Assembly (NCBI GenBank): GCA_044356725.1
Contig: JBIKVS010000016.1
Span: forward strand, 1-16,763
DNA from: Minisyncoccia bacterium
Lineage (GTDB): Bacteria; Patescibacteriota; Minisyncoccia; SW-4-49-11
DNA length: 16,763 bases
Direction of reading: 5' to 3'
Under the pieces are notes generated by a model that was given only the letters and a program-made list of their open reading frames with translations, did not search any database and was not told the DNA's origin. Of this stretch, positions 15,713-16,763 are shown piece by piece (within the stretch, counting starts at the first letter, position 1; every line of letters starts with the position of its first letter). The position numbers were made by a program, and so were the translations under genes.

Positions 15713-15786
15713 AGGCGCATAGTTAAATGGTATAACAATGGTCTCCAAAACCATCGTCGTAGGTTCGATTCCTACTGTGCCTGCCA
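15713..15786 (+). tRNA. tRNA-Trp (CCA)
   Basis: Acceptor AGGCGCA/TGTGCCT, anticodon arm ATGGT-CTCCAAA-ACCAT, T arm GTAGG-TTCGATT-CCTAC, encoded 3' CCA. Confidence 0.96.
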
Positions 15787-15812
15787 AATTTATAAGCTAT
15801 AGATTTATATCT

Positions 15813-16235
15813 ATGAACCTTGACTCTAAAGTTTTTGAATATTTACGTAATCATAATATTAGAATTACTAAACATATACAAGCAATTTTAGATATTATAA
15901 TTGATAAATCTACACCTATTGATGCTAGAGCTATATATAATAATCTTATATCTAATAGTCAATTAATCGATTTATCCACAATTCATAGGATTTTAGATAA
16001 ATTACATAAAATTAGACTCCTAGATGCGATCTATGGTGAGAAAGCTAATTATTATGAATTATCATCTCAGTTCCTACCCCATCATCATCATTTTACTTGT
16101 ATCAAATGTGGTCAAATTACTGATATAGATATATGTATGATGAATCCTATTCTTAGTTCTCTTGAAGATATTGGGACTCCTCTTTCTCACTCTTTTGAAA
16201 TCAAAGGGATTTGCAATAATTGTAAATTAAAATAA
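15813..16235 (+). CDS. Fur family transcriptional regulator (Fur/Zur/PerR), 140 aa
   Basis: IRITK..AIL, STIHRIL, HHHHFTCIKCG and GICNNC. Start moved to ATG 15813 because the track start lies within tRNA-Trp. Confidence 0.92.
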   Translation: MNLDSKVFEYLRNHNIRITKHIQAILDIIIDKSTPIDARAIYNNLISNSQLIDLSTIHRILDKLHKIRLLDAIYGEKANYYELSSQFLPHHHHFTCIKCGQITDIDICMMNPILSSLEDIGTPLSHSFEIKGICNNCKLK

Positions 16236-16267
16236 AAAAGAGCTTTTTTATCAGCTCTCTTTTATTT
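16230..16267. terminator. Probable bidirectional terminator between convergent fur and rpmG
   Basis: AGAGCT/AGCTCT stem flanked by AAATAAAA and TTTTATTT. Confidence 0.5.
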
Positions 16268-16282
16268 ATCTAAGATAATAGA

Positions 16283-16441
16283 TTATTTTTTCATCTCTCT
16301 GTGTAGAGTATGTCGTCGTAAATCTGGATTAAATTTCTTTAATTCCAACTTCTCAGTATTCTTCTTTTTATTCTTACGAGTATAATATCCAATTCTACCA
16401 GTTTCTGTACACTGTAATTTAATTAAGTTTTCTTGACTCAT
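16283..16441 (-). CDS. rpmG: 50S ribosomal protein L33 (zinc-free type), absent from the ORF track
   Basis: Manual translation: MSQENLIKLQCTETGRIGYYTRKNKKKNTEKLELKKFNPDLRRHTLHREMKK. Confidence 0.96.
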   Translation of the reverse strand: MSQENLIKLQCTETGRIGYYTRKNKKKNTEKLELKKFNPDLRRHTLHREMKK

Positions 16442-16475
16442 ATTCTTATAATCTTAAGTATAAATTAATATAGGG

Positions 16476-16548
16476 AGCCGATAATCAGGATTGAACTGAT
16501 GACCTCACCCTTACCATGGGTGCGCTCTACCGACTGAGCTATATCGGC
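16476..16548 (-). tRNA. tRNA-Thr (GGT)
   Basis: Acceptor GCCGATA/TATCGGC, D arm GCTC/GAGC, anticodon arm CACCC-ATGGTAA-GGGTG, T arm ATCAG-TTCAATC-CTGAT. Confidence 0.96.
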
Positions 16549-16568
16549 ACATAGTGCAGTATTGAAAT

Positions 16569-16597
16569 ATTATATACTAATACTACACTTTTGTCAA
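16569..16597 (-). promoter_or_regulatory. Consensus sigma70 promoter TTGACA-17-TATAAT for tRNA-Thr/rpmG
   Basis: Minus strand TTGACA (16597-16592) and TATAAT (16574-16569). Confidence 0.85.
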
Positions 16598-16633
16598 AAG
16601 TTTGTATTAGATAAGGAGATCGTAGACAATTTG

Positions 16634-16763
16634 TAAAGTAAAAGACCCCGCCTTAAAAGGCAGGGCTTTTACTTTATATAACTATATTTTCCTTCGCTCG
16701 CAAGCTCTTCGCTTGCTTTAGCTATCGGAAAATTTGGACATTCATCCCCGCCCTTAAAAGGGC
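16634..16763. mobile_element. Paired related hairpins resembling IS200/IS605-family ends (possible non-autonomous element; runs off the window)
   Basis: TAAAGTAAAAG-ACCCCGCCTTAAAAGGCAGGG-CTTTTACTTTA (16634-16676) and ATTCATCCCCGCCCTTAAAAGGGC at the window end share CCCCGCC(C)TTAAAAGG. Confidence 0.45.

Noticed and set aside
15738-15812. N-terminal extension of the Fur ORF
   Set aside because: Overlaps a complete tRNA-Trp; ATG 15813 gives a normal-length Fur protein.

Overview
AT-rich bacterial chromosomal window using genetic code 11 (TGA serves as a stop). Gene content and style suggest Patescibacteria/CPR (inference). Left end: two tiny genes with near-identical promoters, then a XerC/D-type tyrosine recombinase bracketed by inverted REP-like palindromes, with a symmetric 11-6-11 dif-like site abutting its promoter and a local GC-skew switch. 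Middle: a minus-strand run of secA, a membrane protein, M16 peptidase, cysteine desulfurase, O-antigen-ligase-like protein, GT-C mannosyltransferase, DsbB and a MazG-like pyrophosphatase. Right: the most unusual part, a tandem array in which two identical tRNA-Gly(TCC) genes each head a gene for a VirB2/TrbC-like CPR pilin fused to different predicted peptidoglycan hydrolases. One carries an M23 peptidase; the other carries an apparently circularly permuted Amidase_3 plus an M15/LAS-type peptidase. A 161-bp structured mini-element duplicates the tRNA 3' end. The window ends with tRNA-Trp, a Fur-family gene, a Zn-free rpmG, tRNA-Thr and IS200/IS605-like hairpins. All family assignments come from motif recognition by eye; no searches were run.
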